44,890 nt of DNA. Source: a bacterium. GTDB taxonomy: Bacteria > SZUA-182 > DTGQ01. This document shows, piece by piece, positions 19,642 to 28,550 of this stretch. The notes under the pieces are model-generated. The model made no database searches. It had not been told where the DNA came from and saw only the letters and a program-made list of their open reading frames with translations. The translations under genes and the position numbers were made by a program. The DNA is taken from the NCBI GenBank assembly GCA_040752695.1, contig JBFMGO010000038.1, positions 1-44,890 of the forward strand, written 5' to 3'. The number at the start of each line of letters is the position of its first letter. Position 1 is the first letter of the stretch.

Positions 19642-20652
19642 ATGCGCTTTATCAATCCCAAGACGGATTTTGCCTTTAAGAAGATTTTCGGAAGCACGGA
19701 GAGTAAGGATATTCTGATTTCCTTTATAAACGCCATGCTGCGCTTCAGCCCGGAGCATGAGATTGTGGATTTGACGATCATAGACCCATACCAGGCACCG
19801 AAGATAAAGGGAATGAAGGATACCTATCTGGATGTCAAGGCCAGAAGCAGGGATGGCCGTGAATTTATTATAGAAATGCAGGTATTGAATGTGGCTGGCT
19901 TTGAAAAGAGGGTCTTGTATAATGCAGCCAAAGCCTATTCTATTCAGATAGATAATGCTGAAAAGTACCTTCAGCTCAATCCGGTTATAGCCATTACGAT
20001 TACCGATTTTATCATGTTTAAGGAAACCTCCCAGGTTATCAGCAGCTTCTGCCTCCTCAACAAGAAAGAATTCTTCGAATATATCAATTCCGACCTCGAA
20101 CTGGTGTTCATTGAACTACCCAAGTTTCATAAAACGGAAGAGCAGTTAGCCGATATTACCGACAAATGGATATACTTCCTTAAGAATGCACCCTCACTGG
20201 AGCTTATTCCTCAATCTCTGGCAGTTGAGCAGCCTATATCCCATGCCTTTCAGATCGCCAACAAAGCCAATCTGACCCGTGAAGAGCTGGACGACCAGGA
20301 GCGTCGTGAAATATTCATCCAGGATCAGAGGGGAGCAATAATGAAAGCGGTCGAGCAGGGGCTTGAGAGGGGACTCCAGGAGGGGCTCCAGCAGGGACTC
20401 CAGCAGGGACTCCAGCAGGGACTCCAGCAGGGACTCCAGCAGGGACTCCAGCAGGGGCTCCAGCAGGGGCTCCAGCAGGGGCTTGAGCAAGGTGCCCAGA
20501 GAGGGATGGCTCAGGGTTTTTACCATCTTTATCGTGAAGGGTTAATTACCCCTGAGCAGGCAAAAGCGCAACTGGAAAAACTATACGAAAGCAAATCCCT
20601 GAATGAAGAAACCTATCGGGAATTCATGGGTAAAATAAAGAATAATTCCTGA
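19642..20652 (+). CDS. Rpn family recombination-promoting nuclease / PD-(D/E)xK putative transposase
   Basis: PKTDFAFKKIFG, LDV, IIEMQ, R..Y, FIELPKF and W..FL motifs, with C-terminal xxGL repeats. Confidence 0.92.
   Translation: MRFINPKTDFAFKKIFGSTESKDILISFINAMLRFSPEHEIVDLTIIDPYQAPKIKGMKDTYLDVKARSRDGREFIIEMQVLNVAGFEKRVLYNAAKAYSIQIDNAEKYLQLNPVIAITITDFIMFKETSQVISSFCLLNKKEFFEYINSDLELVFIELPKFHKTEEQLADITDKWIYFLKNAPSLELIPQSLAVEQPISHAFQIANKANLTREELDDQERREIFIQDQRGAIMKAVEQGLERGLQEGLQQGLQQGLQQGLQQGLQQGLQQGLQQGLQQGLEQGAQRGMAQGFYHLYREGLITPEQAKAQLEKLYESKSLNEETYREFMGKIKNNS
20353..20508 (+). repeat. 12-bp coding tandem repeat (QQGL)n
   Basis: Five exact CAGCAGGGACTC copies (20389-20448) and three CAGCAGGGGCTY copies, with degenerate flanking units. 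Confidence 0.95.
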
Positions 20653-23105
20653 CCGGCCTTTCCGGGAATAGTTAAAGTGGCAGCAGCAGCCCGGCGACGC
20701 AGGGCATCAGAAGGCATATTGTCAAAGGGCCAGCGAACCCGTTGCGAACATATTCTGATAAAGCAACTGACCTCGCCTCCGAAAAGGCCCTCATGCACGG
20801 TAACTATGACATTCACTGATCCGCTCAAGGGATCGCTGCCGTTGTCGGTTGCCGTAAAAGTTATCGTGTAGCTTCCTGTCTGATCAGGGTCTGGTTTCCA
20901 GCTAAATTCTCCGGTCTGAGGATTAAAGTCAGCTCCTGGCGGTAAATTACTGGCAGAGTAGGTCAGGTTATCTCCATCGGGGTCTACGGCAGCAACGGTG
21001 AATTTCAGGAGGGTTCCTTCATCAATTTCCTTATCATCGAGATGGTTAAAGAGAGGCGGATGGTTTTGCGCAGGAGTCTCTTGCCCTGTCTCCACCTCGA
21101 TGATCTCGGATGAGGAGCTTCCCTGTGCATTGATCCGTTTCACCTGGTAGAGATACAGCCGGTTAAACTCAAGGGCAGGATCTGAATCCTCATAGGAATT
21201 ACTGTCCTGGTAGGACTCTTCACCCGTCCCATCCCCTTTTTGCTCTTCACTCTTTTGCGGCTGTTGCTGGAGGGATGAAAAAATCATGGACTGGAATCTC
21301 CCCTCAAGACCTCTCCATATCTGATACTGAGCAATCTCCTGAATACCACGCCAGGCCAATCGAACACGTGGATGTCCGTCTCGGATTTGTATCGAATAAT
21401 GTATTTCCTGAGGAACTGGAGGAATTTGTGCCTGATCGATGGCGATAACCTGTGCATTCAGGTCATAAAAGGCGATTCCGGTCCAGGAGAGATTTATGGG
21501 TATAATAACCAGCTTTGAATAAACCGGATTCTGTTCGAAAGAAAAATCAAAACTACCCTTGTGCTGCACATCGTCGAGAGGGATAAGCTGGGCGATACCA
21601 AACTGTGGAGAAGACTGGTATGAAGTTGCCGGAACAGCCAGAACAGCACATGGTGCATTGCCCTGGTCATCGAATTGGATGCGGAGCGCCTGACCTGAAG
21701 GGGGCTTTTGAAAAGCATGATATGCGCAGCTTAAATAATCCAGGCTATTACGGATAAGGCTTATCGGATAAGTTGAATATGAACTCTGGTGGCGGGGCAT
21801 GGGGTATTTGCCTCCCTCCTCATAAGACCGAAAAAGATTGGCCAGTTTAAAACGGATGAATACATCCGAAAAGGAGACCATTCCACGGTCTGCCTCTTGG
21901 GCCAAATCACGTATTGCCGTAAGCGCATCTCGTGAGGGATCATCTGAAATCCGCTCAAAAATGGTCTTTACGATACCCTGGCCGAAGTGTTCCGAGAGAA
22001 ACTTGGCCCATATGACTCCTCCATATTCGAACAGGGGATACGCTGCATCAGAGCCCGTTTTATTCAGTGAGATGAAAGGATAATCAAACCATCCATTTCC
22101 CCGCCAGCCTGCGACCGGTTTTCCATGAATATCGAAATAGAGCTCGCTCCCCTGGGCATCATAATCCCATTTGCCATTGTCATTGCGATCATCGTAGGGC
22201 CAGCCGAGATAATGCAAATAATCGTCGATCTCGTCGTATAATTCATCCTCCACCCAAACGGCAGTATTCTCCTCCCACCAGATATTCCTGTCAAGGTAGT
22301 CGTTCGGCCAGTCATCATAGCCGGCCTGCACTACGTGGAAAAGTTCGTGGGCTGAGGTTACTTTCATGGCCCCTGCCACTTTTCCCTCCTTGTCCAGGTT
22401 GTCGCTTATCCCCTGAAAATCATTATCCACCATGATGTATAAGCCATGTCTATCGGCACTCGTGGCGCCATAACTGCCCAGATTCAGGATGTAAACTTCA
22501 ATTTTGCTGCCATCTTCTATCGGAGCATGGTAACCGAGCGTATCAATGATGTAATGCCATGCCTGCTCGAAATACTGAACATAGTGAAGCACATCCTGTG
22601 GGATAGTATCTTTCCGTCCATCCGTATCCCTGACCGCATTACCGCTACCGGTGTTGTCTTCAGTATAGTAAATGCGAAAATGCCCCCCGGAGCTTTCATA
22701 AGACCATACTTCAATACCAGACCCGTAATAATCATCATCTGCGAAATCTGTAGGCCGGTGCAGGATAAATGTATTTTCCGGGTACAGGAGCTCTTGATGC
22801 CGTATGGCACGTCTGAGCAGGGGAGTGGCGCATCTGGTCATAGGCGCGGAAGAAGAAAGATCGGATTTTTCCAACCCTTGCTGACGAGAAGGCTGAAACA
22901 AGGCGGAAATCTCCCGGTTGAGTTGCGCCTGGGATATTATCGATTGTTGCGATTGAGAGATTATCGGTTGTGGTTGTGCCCAAAGCACCTGCTGGTACAG
23001 GATCAACCAGAGGCAAAGCCCCGCTGAACCTGAAAAAAATCCCATGAATTGTGCTTTCAATATGAATTTTGGGAAAATGCTCTTCTTCATGCCTGACCTA
23101 TACAT
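20613..23105 (-). CDS. Secreted zinc metalloprotease (MXAN_6640-like) with FN3-like and Ig/cadherin-like (He_PIG) domains
   Basis: RCATP propeptide-like motif; HFRIYY; AHELFHVVQAGY (HExxH) followed by WWEENTAVWVEDE; NHPP...DPDGDNLTYS..NLPPGA Ig domain; CFI tail. Start at ATG 23105 after GGAGG. Confidence 0.8.
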   Translation of the reverse strand: MYRSGMKKSIFPKFILKAQFMGFFSGSAGLCLWLILYQQVLWAQPQPIISQSQQSIISQAQLNREISALFQPSRQQGLEKSDLSSSAPMTRCATPLLRRAIRHQELLYPENTFILHRPTDFADDDYYGSGIEVWSYESSGGHFRIYYTEDNTGSGNAVRDTDGRKDTIPQDVLHYVQYFEQAWHYIIDTLGYHAPIEDGSKIEVYILNLGSYGATSADRHGLYIMVDNDFQGISDNLDKEGKVAGAMKVTSAHELFHVVQAGYDDWPNDYLDRNIWWEENTAVWVEDELYDEIDDYLHYLGWPYDDRNDNGKWDYDAQGSELYFDIHGKPVAGWRGNGWFDYPFISLNKTGSDAAYPLFEYGGVIWAKFLSEHFGQGIVKTIFERISDDPSRDALTAIRDLAQEADRGMVSFSDVFIRFKLANLFRSYEEGGKYPMPRHQSSYSTYPISLIRNSLDYLSCAYHAFQKPPSGQALRIQFDDQGNAPCAVLAVPATSYQSSPQFGIAQLIPLDDVQHKGSFDFSFEQNPVYSKLVIIPINLSWTGIAFYDLNAQVIAIDQAQIPPVPQEIHYSIQIRDGHPRVRLAWRGIQEIAQYQIWRGLEGRFQSMIFSSLQQQPQKSEEQKGDGTGEESYQDSNSYEDSDPALEFNRLYLYQVKRINAQGSSSSEIIEVETGQETPAQNHPPLFNHLDDKEIDEGTLLKFTVAAVDPDGDNLTYSASNLPPGADFNPQTGEFSWKPDPDQTGSYTITFTATDNGSDPLSGSVNVIVTVHEGLFGGEVSCFIRICSQRVRWPFDNMPSDALRRRAAAATLTIPGKAGQELFFILPMNSR

Positions 23106-23212
23106 TATGAGCCTCCACTCTTCCTTTTCCAGGAAATCGTAATTGTAAAGCCTTTTGCACAGGCAATAATCTGGCATTATCAGGGTGCTGAACTTATTGA
23201 TTGAGGATGGAT

Positions 23213-23255
23213 GGATCAATTCTTGACATTCATGTCAAATGTCAAGAGCTGACCC
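23213..23255. repeat. REP-like palindrome
   Basis: GGATCAATTCTTGACATT / AATGTCAAGAGCTGACCC imperfect inverted repeat, with the same GGTCAG..T end as the palindromes at 10637 and 10762. Confidence 0.6.
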
Positions 23256-23572
23256 AAAAACTAATGTTGTCGAGTTATTTGACGTTTATTGAGGATTAAT
23301 TCAGAAAAAATGATTTTTTTCATCAGAAGGTCATTTTCTTTAAAGCTAAACACTAATACTATACCATCTTACAAGCTTTTTCAAGAGGAATACACACAAG
23401 TTAAGCATAAATTTTATCTATCAATTACTTATCCTAAGCAAAAACGCATGACAGAATAAGTCTTTCATGATATAATATATTACTGAAGAAAAATAAATTT
23501 AATAAGTATCAAATATAAATATTTAGGTTTTTCTAAGATAGAATTCTGAAATAGAGAGAACAGTAATAGATC

Positions 23573-23717
23573 ATGAAAGAGCTCGTATATGCGTTTATAC
23601 GGGTACTCTTATCCCTTGACCGGCGGCGGCTCTGAACATGCTCATGGAGCTGTATCGCAGGCCGTCCATATCTGGGGACACTATCCCCTGGATTGGGTGA
23701 ATGAGAATGGCTCATAA
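23573..23717 (+). pseudogene. Possible fused remnant of a cobalamin-binding protein 5' end and a UroD/MtaA-family methyltransferase 3' end
   Basis: MKELVYAFIRVLLSLDR (23573-23635), then in another frame AVSQAVHIWGHYPLDWVNENGS* ending at 23717, overlapping the kinase start. Family resemblance is from memory only. Confidence 0.5.
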
Positions 23718-26700
23718 ACTCTGCATCGTAGTGTGCGAGAATCTCAAACGCGAGGTGGAGACCATCGTAGAATCCGAAGAATTGGACGATGTTACGATAG
23801 TCGCTTTCCCCGCCGATTGCGGCCACTCTTACCTTGAATGGAATACTCTCAAAGGGTATATCCACGGGTGCGAAGATACCTACCTGCTTGGCGGCTGCTG
23901 TCTTAAGAAAGACTCTCCCGGAGAGGGAGAGACCTGTCACCTGCTGAACAAGATGGATACATGCTTCAGCGTGTTCACCAATAAAAATATCATAGATCAT
24001 TATATCCGCGAGGGGGCCTTTTTACTGACTCCCTCATGGCTGGAGAACTGGCGGCACGCTGTTATCGATACCTGGGGTTTTGATCAGCGGGCAGCCAGAG
24101 AATTTTTCAAAGAGACTTCCCGAATGCTGGTGCTTCTTGATACCGGTGTGTGCGAAGGAATCTCCGGGCATCTCAAGGAGTTTGCCGGTTTTGTCGGCCT
24201 TCCTTTTGAAATAGTGCCGGTGGGCCTGGATTTCTTCCGGATGTTTTTAACGAAAATCGTATTAGAATGGCGATTGAAGAATGAAAGAAAGGAATCAATC
24301 GCAGATTTGGCCAAAGGAAACCGTTGGTTCGCGGACTATGCCATGATGTTTGACCTGATCGGTCAATTGGCCAGAATATCGACCGAGGAAAAGGTTATAG
24401 ATAATTTATTCGAACTTATCACTGCGCTTTTTACCCCTGACAGCATCAGCTATATTCCTTTGGTTGACGGACAGCAGGGAGATATTCGATCACATCCGGC
24501 ATCTTTTGCCGGCCGTGAGGCAGTGAAAAATTACCTGGCGAGTTTTCAGGGGGATTACGCCTGGGCTGAGTCCGGGGAGGGTTTTATTCTGAGGATCAGT
24601 CATCGGCAGAAGACACTGGGATTTTTGAAAATTGATGGCTTTGCTCGCCCGGAATATAAAGAGCATTATTTGAATCTTGGACTGACTATTACCAAGATCT
24701 TAGCACTGGCCATTTCCAATGCACGCGCCTATTTGAATCTGGCCAAAGCCAATGAGCAGCTTCAGCAGAAAATCAATGAACGGATTCAGGCGGAAGAGGC
24801 CGTCAAATTAGCCTATATAGAACTCAATCAGGTGTTCGACACTGCGGCTGACGGGATGTGCGTGATTGGGAAAGATTCCAGAGTGCTTCGCGTAAATGAC
24901 ACATTGTGCACTCTCTTTGGCCTCAGGAAGGAAGATGCGCTCGGCAAAAAATGCCATGAGGTATTTCACCACTCTTTATGCAATACTCTTTGTTGTCCTT
25001 TAGAGAAAGTTTTAGGCGATCATGTAAAGCGCCTTGAGTTCGATATTGACCTGGAGCGTAAGGACGGTTTCAAAGCTGCCTGCATAGTGACGACAACCCC
25101 TTTCCGTAATCCTGCTGGGGAACTTATCGGTATTGTTGAAAATTTCAAGGATATCACCGATCGCAAGCGTGCCGAAATGTTGCTGCAGGAATCGGAAGAA
25201 AAATATTCGATGCTGGTGGAGCAGGCACGCGATGGAGTGGCGGTTGTACAAGATGGAGTTTATCGATTCGTCAACAAGGCCATGTCAGGGATTACCGGCT
25301 ATGCCGTTGAAGAATTGACAGGCAAACCGCTTTTGGATGTCGTGACTCCTGAATACCGGGAGGTGGTTGAGCAAAGAAACCAATTAACCATGTCAGGCCA
25401 AAGTGCGCCTTCTTTCGCTGAAGTAAAAATTCAGTGTAAGGACGGAACTATGAAGGATGTAGAGGTATCGGGCACGATTATTAAATTCAATGGGAAATAT
25501 GCCAGGCTGGGGATTATTCATGATGTGACCGAGCACAAGAGGGTAGAGAATGCGCTCAAAGCAAGTGAGGAGCAATACCGTACTTTTTTGAAATACTTTC
25601 CGGGAATAGCCTTCATGGGTGAGCTGGATTTCCGGCCCATTTTCATGCATGGTGCCAGCGAGGAAATTATCGGCTATACGGAGGATGAATTCGTACGAGG
25701 AGGGTTGAGATGGGACCAGATTATTCATCCGGAAGACCTGCCGTCAATTTATAAAGAAGCAGAAAATTTTCGATTATTTCCAGGATATCTTCGCAGTCTG
25801 GAATTTCGCATCATACGCAGGGACGGGCAGATACGGTGGGTTCAGGAGATCATTCAAAACATCTGTGACAGCTCCGGAAAGCCAATAGCTGTTCAAGGGG
25901 CAATCTACGATATTACTGACCGCAAGCGAGCGGAAGAGGAAAAAGAAAATGCCCAGACCCAGTTCCTTCAGTCCCAGAAGATGGAGGCCATTGGCATTCT
26001 GGCTGGCGGGGTCGCCCATGACTTCAATAACCTTTTGACGGTGATTCAGGGGCATACTACTTTGGCCGAAATGCGGATCGATGACTCAGATCCCTTGTCC
26101 AGGGATATAAAGCAGATAGCCCAGGCTGCCGGAAAAGCCGCCAACCTCACGCGTCAACTGCTTCTTTTCAGTCGCAAGCAGCCAATGAAACCTGCCGTTA
26201 TTGACCTCAACGAGACGGTTGACAATCTGCTCAAGATGCTCCACCGTCTCATCGGAGAGGATATCGCCATCAGTGTCAAGCTGGAGCCGCATCTCTGGCG
26301 GATCAGAGCTGATGAGGGGACGATCGAGCAAATGATCATGAATCTGGCGGTCAATGCCAGGGATGCCATGCCCGCTGGCGGCAAGCTCATCATCCGGACC
26401 GAAAAGGTACCTCTGGATGAGGATCGGGCCAGGGAGATCCCTGAAGCACGGCCAGGTCAATTCGTCTGTCTGTTAATTGGAGATACGGGAACCGGTATCG
26501 AGAAGAAGAATATGGACCGGATCTTTGAACCCTTCTTCACGACCAAAGAGGTCGGCAAAGGCACCGGCCTTGGTCTTTCCGTGGCTTACGGCATCGTCAA
26601 GCAGCATGGGGGGTGGATCACCGTTGACAGCGAGCCGGGACAGGGTTCGATATTCAGGATATACCTACCGGCCCTTTCGGGTGAGCAGAATAGAAGTGTC

Positions 26701-27117
26701 AAAGAGAAGCCGTCCCTTCAGGGTCTTCAGGGAAAGAACGAGCGGATCTTAGTGGTGGAGGATGAAACGGCAGTACGTGAATTATTCACAAAAATGCTTC
26801 GTGAAAATGGCTATACCGTAATCGGGGCTGAAAATACCCAGGAGGCACTGGCTGCTTTCGAAAAAGAGAAAGGGCAATTCAATCTGGTCTTAAGCGATGT
26901 TGTCTTGCCTGATCAAAGCGGTCTTGAACTGATTGAGCAACTCCTCGAACGACAGCCCAGTCTCCGGGTTCTTTTAGTCAGCGGCTATCCGGATCAAAAA
27001 TCTCAATGGTCCATCATACAGGAGCAAGGATTCCGGTTTCTCGAAAAACCCTTCACTCTCCCCGACCTGCTCCGGGCAGTAAAGGATGCCGTTACATCAG
27101 GCCCCAGGGGGAAATGA
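23701..27117 (+). CDS. Hybrid sensor histidine kinase: DUF1638-like Cys-rich domain, GAF-like region, 3 PAS/PAC, HisKA, HATPase and receiver
   Basis: N-terminal C...C...C + GAFLLTPSWLENW...WGFD...LLDTG; three D(I/V)TxxKR PAC ends; AHDFNNLL H-box; NARDAM; DTGTGI; FTTK; GTGLGL; receiver VVEDE...SDVVLP...SGY...KP. No TM segment is evident. Confidence 0.92.
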   Translation: MRMAHKLCIVVCENLKREVETIVESEELDDVTIVAFPADCGHSYLEWNTLKGYIHGCEDTYLLGGCCLKKDSPGEGETCHLLNKMDTCFSVFTNKNIIDHYIREGAFLLTPSWLENWRHAVIDTWGFDQRAAREFFKETSRMLVLLDTGVCEGISGHLKEFAGFVGLPFEIVPVGLDFFRMFLTKIVLEWRLKNERKESIADLAKGNRWFADYAMMFDLIGQLARISTEEKVIDNLFELITALFTPDSISYIPLVDGQQGDIRSHPASFAGREAVKNYLASFQGDYAWAESGEGFILRISHRQKTLGFLKIDGFARPEYKEHYLNLGLTITKILALAISNARAYLNLAKANEQLQQKINERIQAEEAVKLAYIELNQVFDTAADGMCVIGKDSRVLRVNDTLCTLFGLRKEDALGKKCHEVFHHSLCNTLCCPLEKVLGDHVKRLEFDIDLERKDGFKAACIVTTTPFRNPAGELIGIVENFKDITDRKRAEMLLQESEEKYSMLVEQARDGVAVVQDGVYRFVNKAMSGITGYAVEELTGKPLLDVVTPEYREVVEQRNQLTMSGQSAPSFAEVKIQCKDGTMKDVEVSGTIIKFNGKYARLGIIHDVTEHKRVENALKASEEQYRTFLKYFPGIAFMGELDFRPIFMHGASEEIIGYTEDEFVRGGLRWDQIIHPEDLPSIYKEAENFRLFPGYLRSLEFRIIRRDGQIRWVQEIIQNICDSSGKPIAVQGAIYDITDRKRAEEEKENAQTQFLQSQKMEAIGILAGGVAHDFNNLLTVIQGHTTLAEMRIDDSDPLSRDIKQIAQAAGKAANLTRQLLLFSRKQPMKPAVIDLNETVDNLLKMLHRLIGEDIAISVKLEPHLWRIRADEGTIEQMIMNLAVNARDAMPAGGKLIIRTEKVPLDEDRAREIPEARPGQFVCLLIGDTGTGIEKKNMDRIFEPFFTTKEVGKGTGLGLSVAYGIVKQHGGWITVDSEPGQGSIFRIYLPALSGEQNRSVKEKPSLQGLQGKNERILVVEDETAVRELFTKMLRENGYTVIGAENTQEALAAFEKEKGQFNLVLSDVVLPDQSGLELIEQLLERQPSLRVLLVSGYPDQKSQWSIIQEQGFRFLEKPFTLPDLLRAVKDAVTSGPRGK

Positions 27118-27322
27118 GGGGGGAAAAAAGAGTCTTCCCTTTCCCCTCGCATGATTCTATCAGTTACCGGAAGGTCCGGGGAAAGATTCTTGGCATGCCT
27201 GATGAGCCCTGCCGATAAATTTACCTCTTTTTTCTCACCTTGAATTATTCTATTATGGATACTTTGAGTCGATAATCTTATCTATACCTTCAGGGAATTT
27301 TTTTTCAGATAACTTTTTACAG

Positions 27323-27351
27323 GGAACTTTTTATCGTGCTCACTTGTCTAA
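27323..27351 (+). promoter_or_regulatory. ECF (sigmaE-type) promoter, probably autoregulatory
   Basis: GGAACTT-N16-GTCTAA about 36 nt upstream of the ECF sigma start. Confidence 0.7.
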
Positions 27352-27387
27352 GTATCGTAAGCGTGCCTCAGTGTCGTAAGCGTACAT

Positions 27388-27981
27388 ATGCCGGAGGGAC
27401 AGTTGGAGGATATCCCCAGAAGTATTTTGATACAGGCATCCAGGGGCGATACTCAAGCTTTTGAGATAATTTATAGAGCCGCCTCTGATTTCGTATATCG
27501 TACAGCTTTTAGAATAACGAATAACAGTGATGATGCAGAGGATGTCACACAAGATGTATTTATAAAAGTATATCAAAACCTTAAAAATTTTCAGTTCCGT
27601 TCCTCTTTTAAAACGTGGGTATATAGAATTACGGTTAATACCGCCCTCAGTACCTGCAAAGGAAAAGGAATAGGCAGAGGAACAGGAAAAGAGACGAGCC
27701 GAAGAAATGACGACGTTACCGTCATGGATCGACGCGTTTCATCGGTGGTGGAAATAGATGTGGATAAAAAAGATAATGAAAAACTCGTTGCATCTTTGCT
27801 CAGGATGCTCAATCCTGACCAGCGGGCGTGTATCGTATTAAGAGAAATTGAGGGTTTGAACTATCAGGAGATAGCCGAGGTTTTGAGTATTAACATAAAT
27901 ACCGTGCGCTCACGGTTGAAAAGAGCCAGGGAAACTCTTTTAGCCTATAAAAACAGCGAGGTCATACCAAATGGAGTGTAA
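27388..27981 (+). CDS. ECF sigma-70 family RNA polymerase sigma factor
   Basis: DAEDVTQDVFIKVY, FKTWVYRITVN (region 2) and LREIEGLNYQEIAEVL.ININTVRSRLKRAR (region 4). Confidence 0.95.
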   Translation: MPEGQLEDIPRSILIQASRGDTQAFEIIYRAASDFVYRTAFRITNNSDDAEDVTQDVFIKVYQNLKNFQFRSSFKTWVYRITVNTALSTCKGKGIGRGTGKETSRRNDDVTVMDRRVSSVVEIDVDKKDNEKLVASLLRMLNPDQRACIVLREIEGLNYQEIAEVLSININTVRSRLKRARETLLAYKNSEVIPNGV

Positions 27982-28474
27982 AGAAATACAAGAACTCCTG
28001 CTGACGGATTACCTTGACGGTGAAGCGGGTGACACCTTGCAAAACGAGGTCGAGAGGCATCTGACCATCTGTCACCAGTGCAGGTATCTTGAACGGGCCT
28101 TACGGAAAAAAGTCAGCGAGCCATTGAGGAAGGCAAAAAAAAGCAGACCGCCGGAGTCCGTTTGGAATCGCGTGCAAGAGGCTATTGCCGATGCGGCAAC
28201 CGTGCAGAAAAGCACTCCATCAGAGAGATTCCTGGTCCGGTTACGGAATTTTTCTCCTCTCTTTGAACCTGTTCTGGCTCTGGCCGCAGTGGCTTTTGTG
28301 GCTCTCGTTTTGATAATCGGCAAGAGCATGTTTCAAACACATGGCCAAAGAGTTGCCGGGATCCATCCGGAAAAGCAGATAGAATACCTTGCTGATGTAA
28401 TCGGAGATTCCGAATACTTTTCGATTGATGAAAATGGCGGATATGGTACAGCCATTGAAGAATGTTTCTTCTAA
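27971..28474 (+). CDS. Zinc-finger (zf-HC2) anti-sigma factor
   Basis: MECKEI..LL.DYLDGE...HLTICHQC (HxxxCxxC) followed by one TM helix; overlaps the sigma stop. Confidence 0.9.
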   Translation: MECKEIQELLLTDYLDGEAGDTLQNEVERHLTICHQCRYLERALRKKVSEPLRKAKKSRPPESVWNRVQEAIADAATVQKSTPSERFLVRLRNFSPLFEPVLALAAVAFVALVLIIGKSMFQTHGQRVAGIHPEKQIEYLADVIGDSEYFSIDENGGYGTAIEECFF

Positions 28475-28550
28475 GGAAAGAATTTTGCTCAATTTCTCTT
28501 GTCTTGGGGAAGGAGAAAAAAAGGAGCCGGATGGAAGGAAGGCGGATGGA

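Noticed and set aside
20353..20508. Tandem repeat considered as a CRISPR array
   Set aside because: 12-bp units without spacers, in frame within the Rpn gene, and no cas genes in the window.
19642..20652. Rpn gene as an insertion sequence
   Set aside because: No terminal inverted repeats or target duplication seen; Rpn proteins are not demonstrated transposases.
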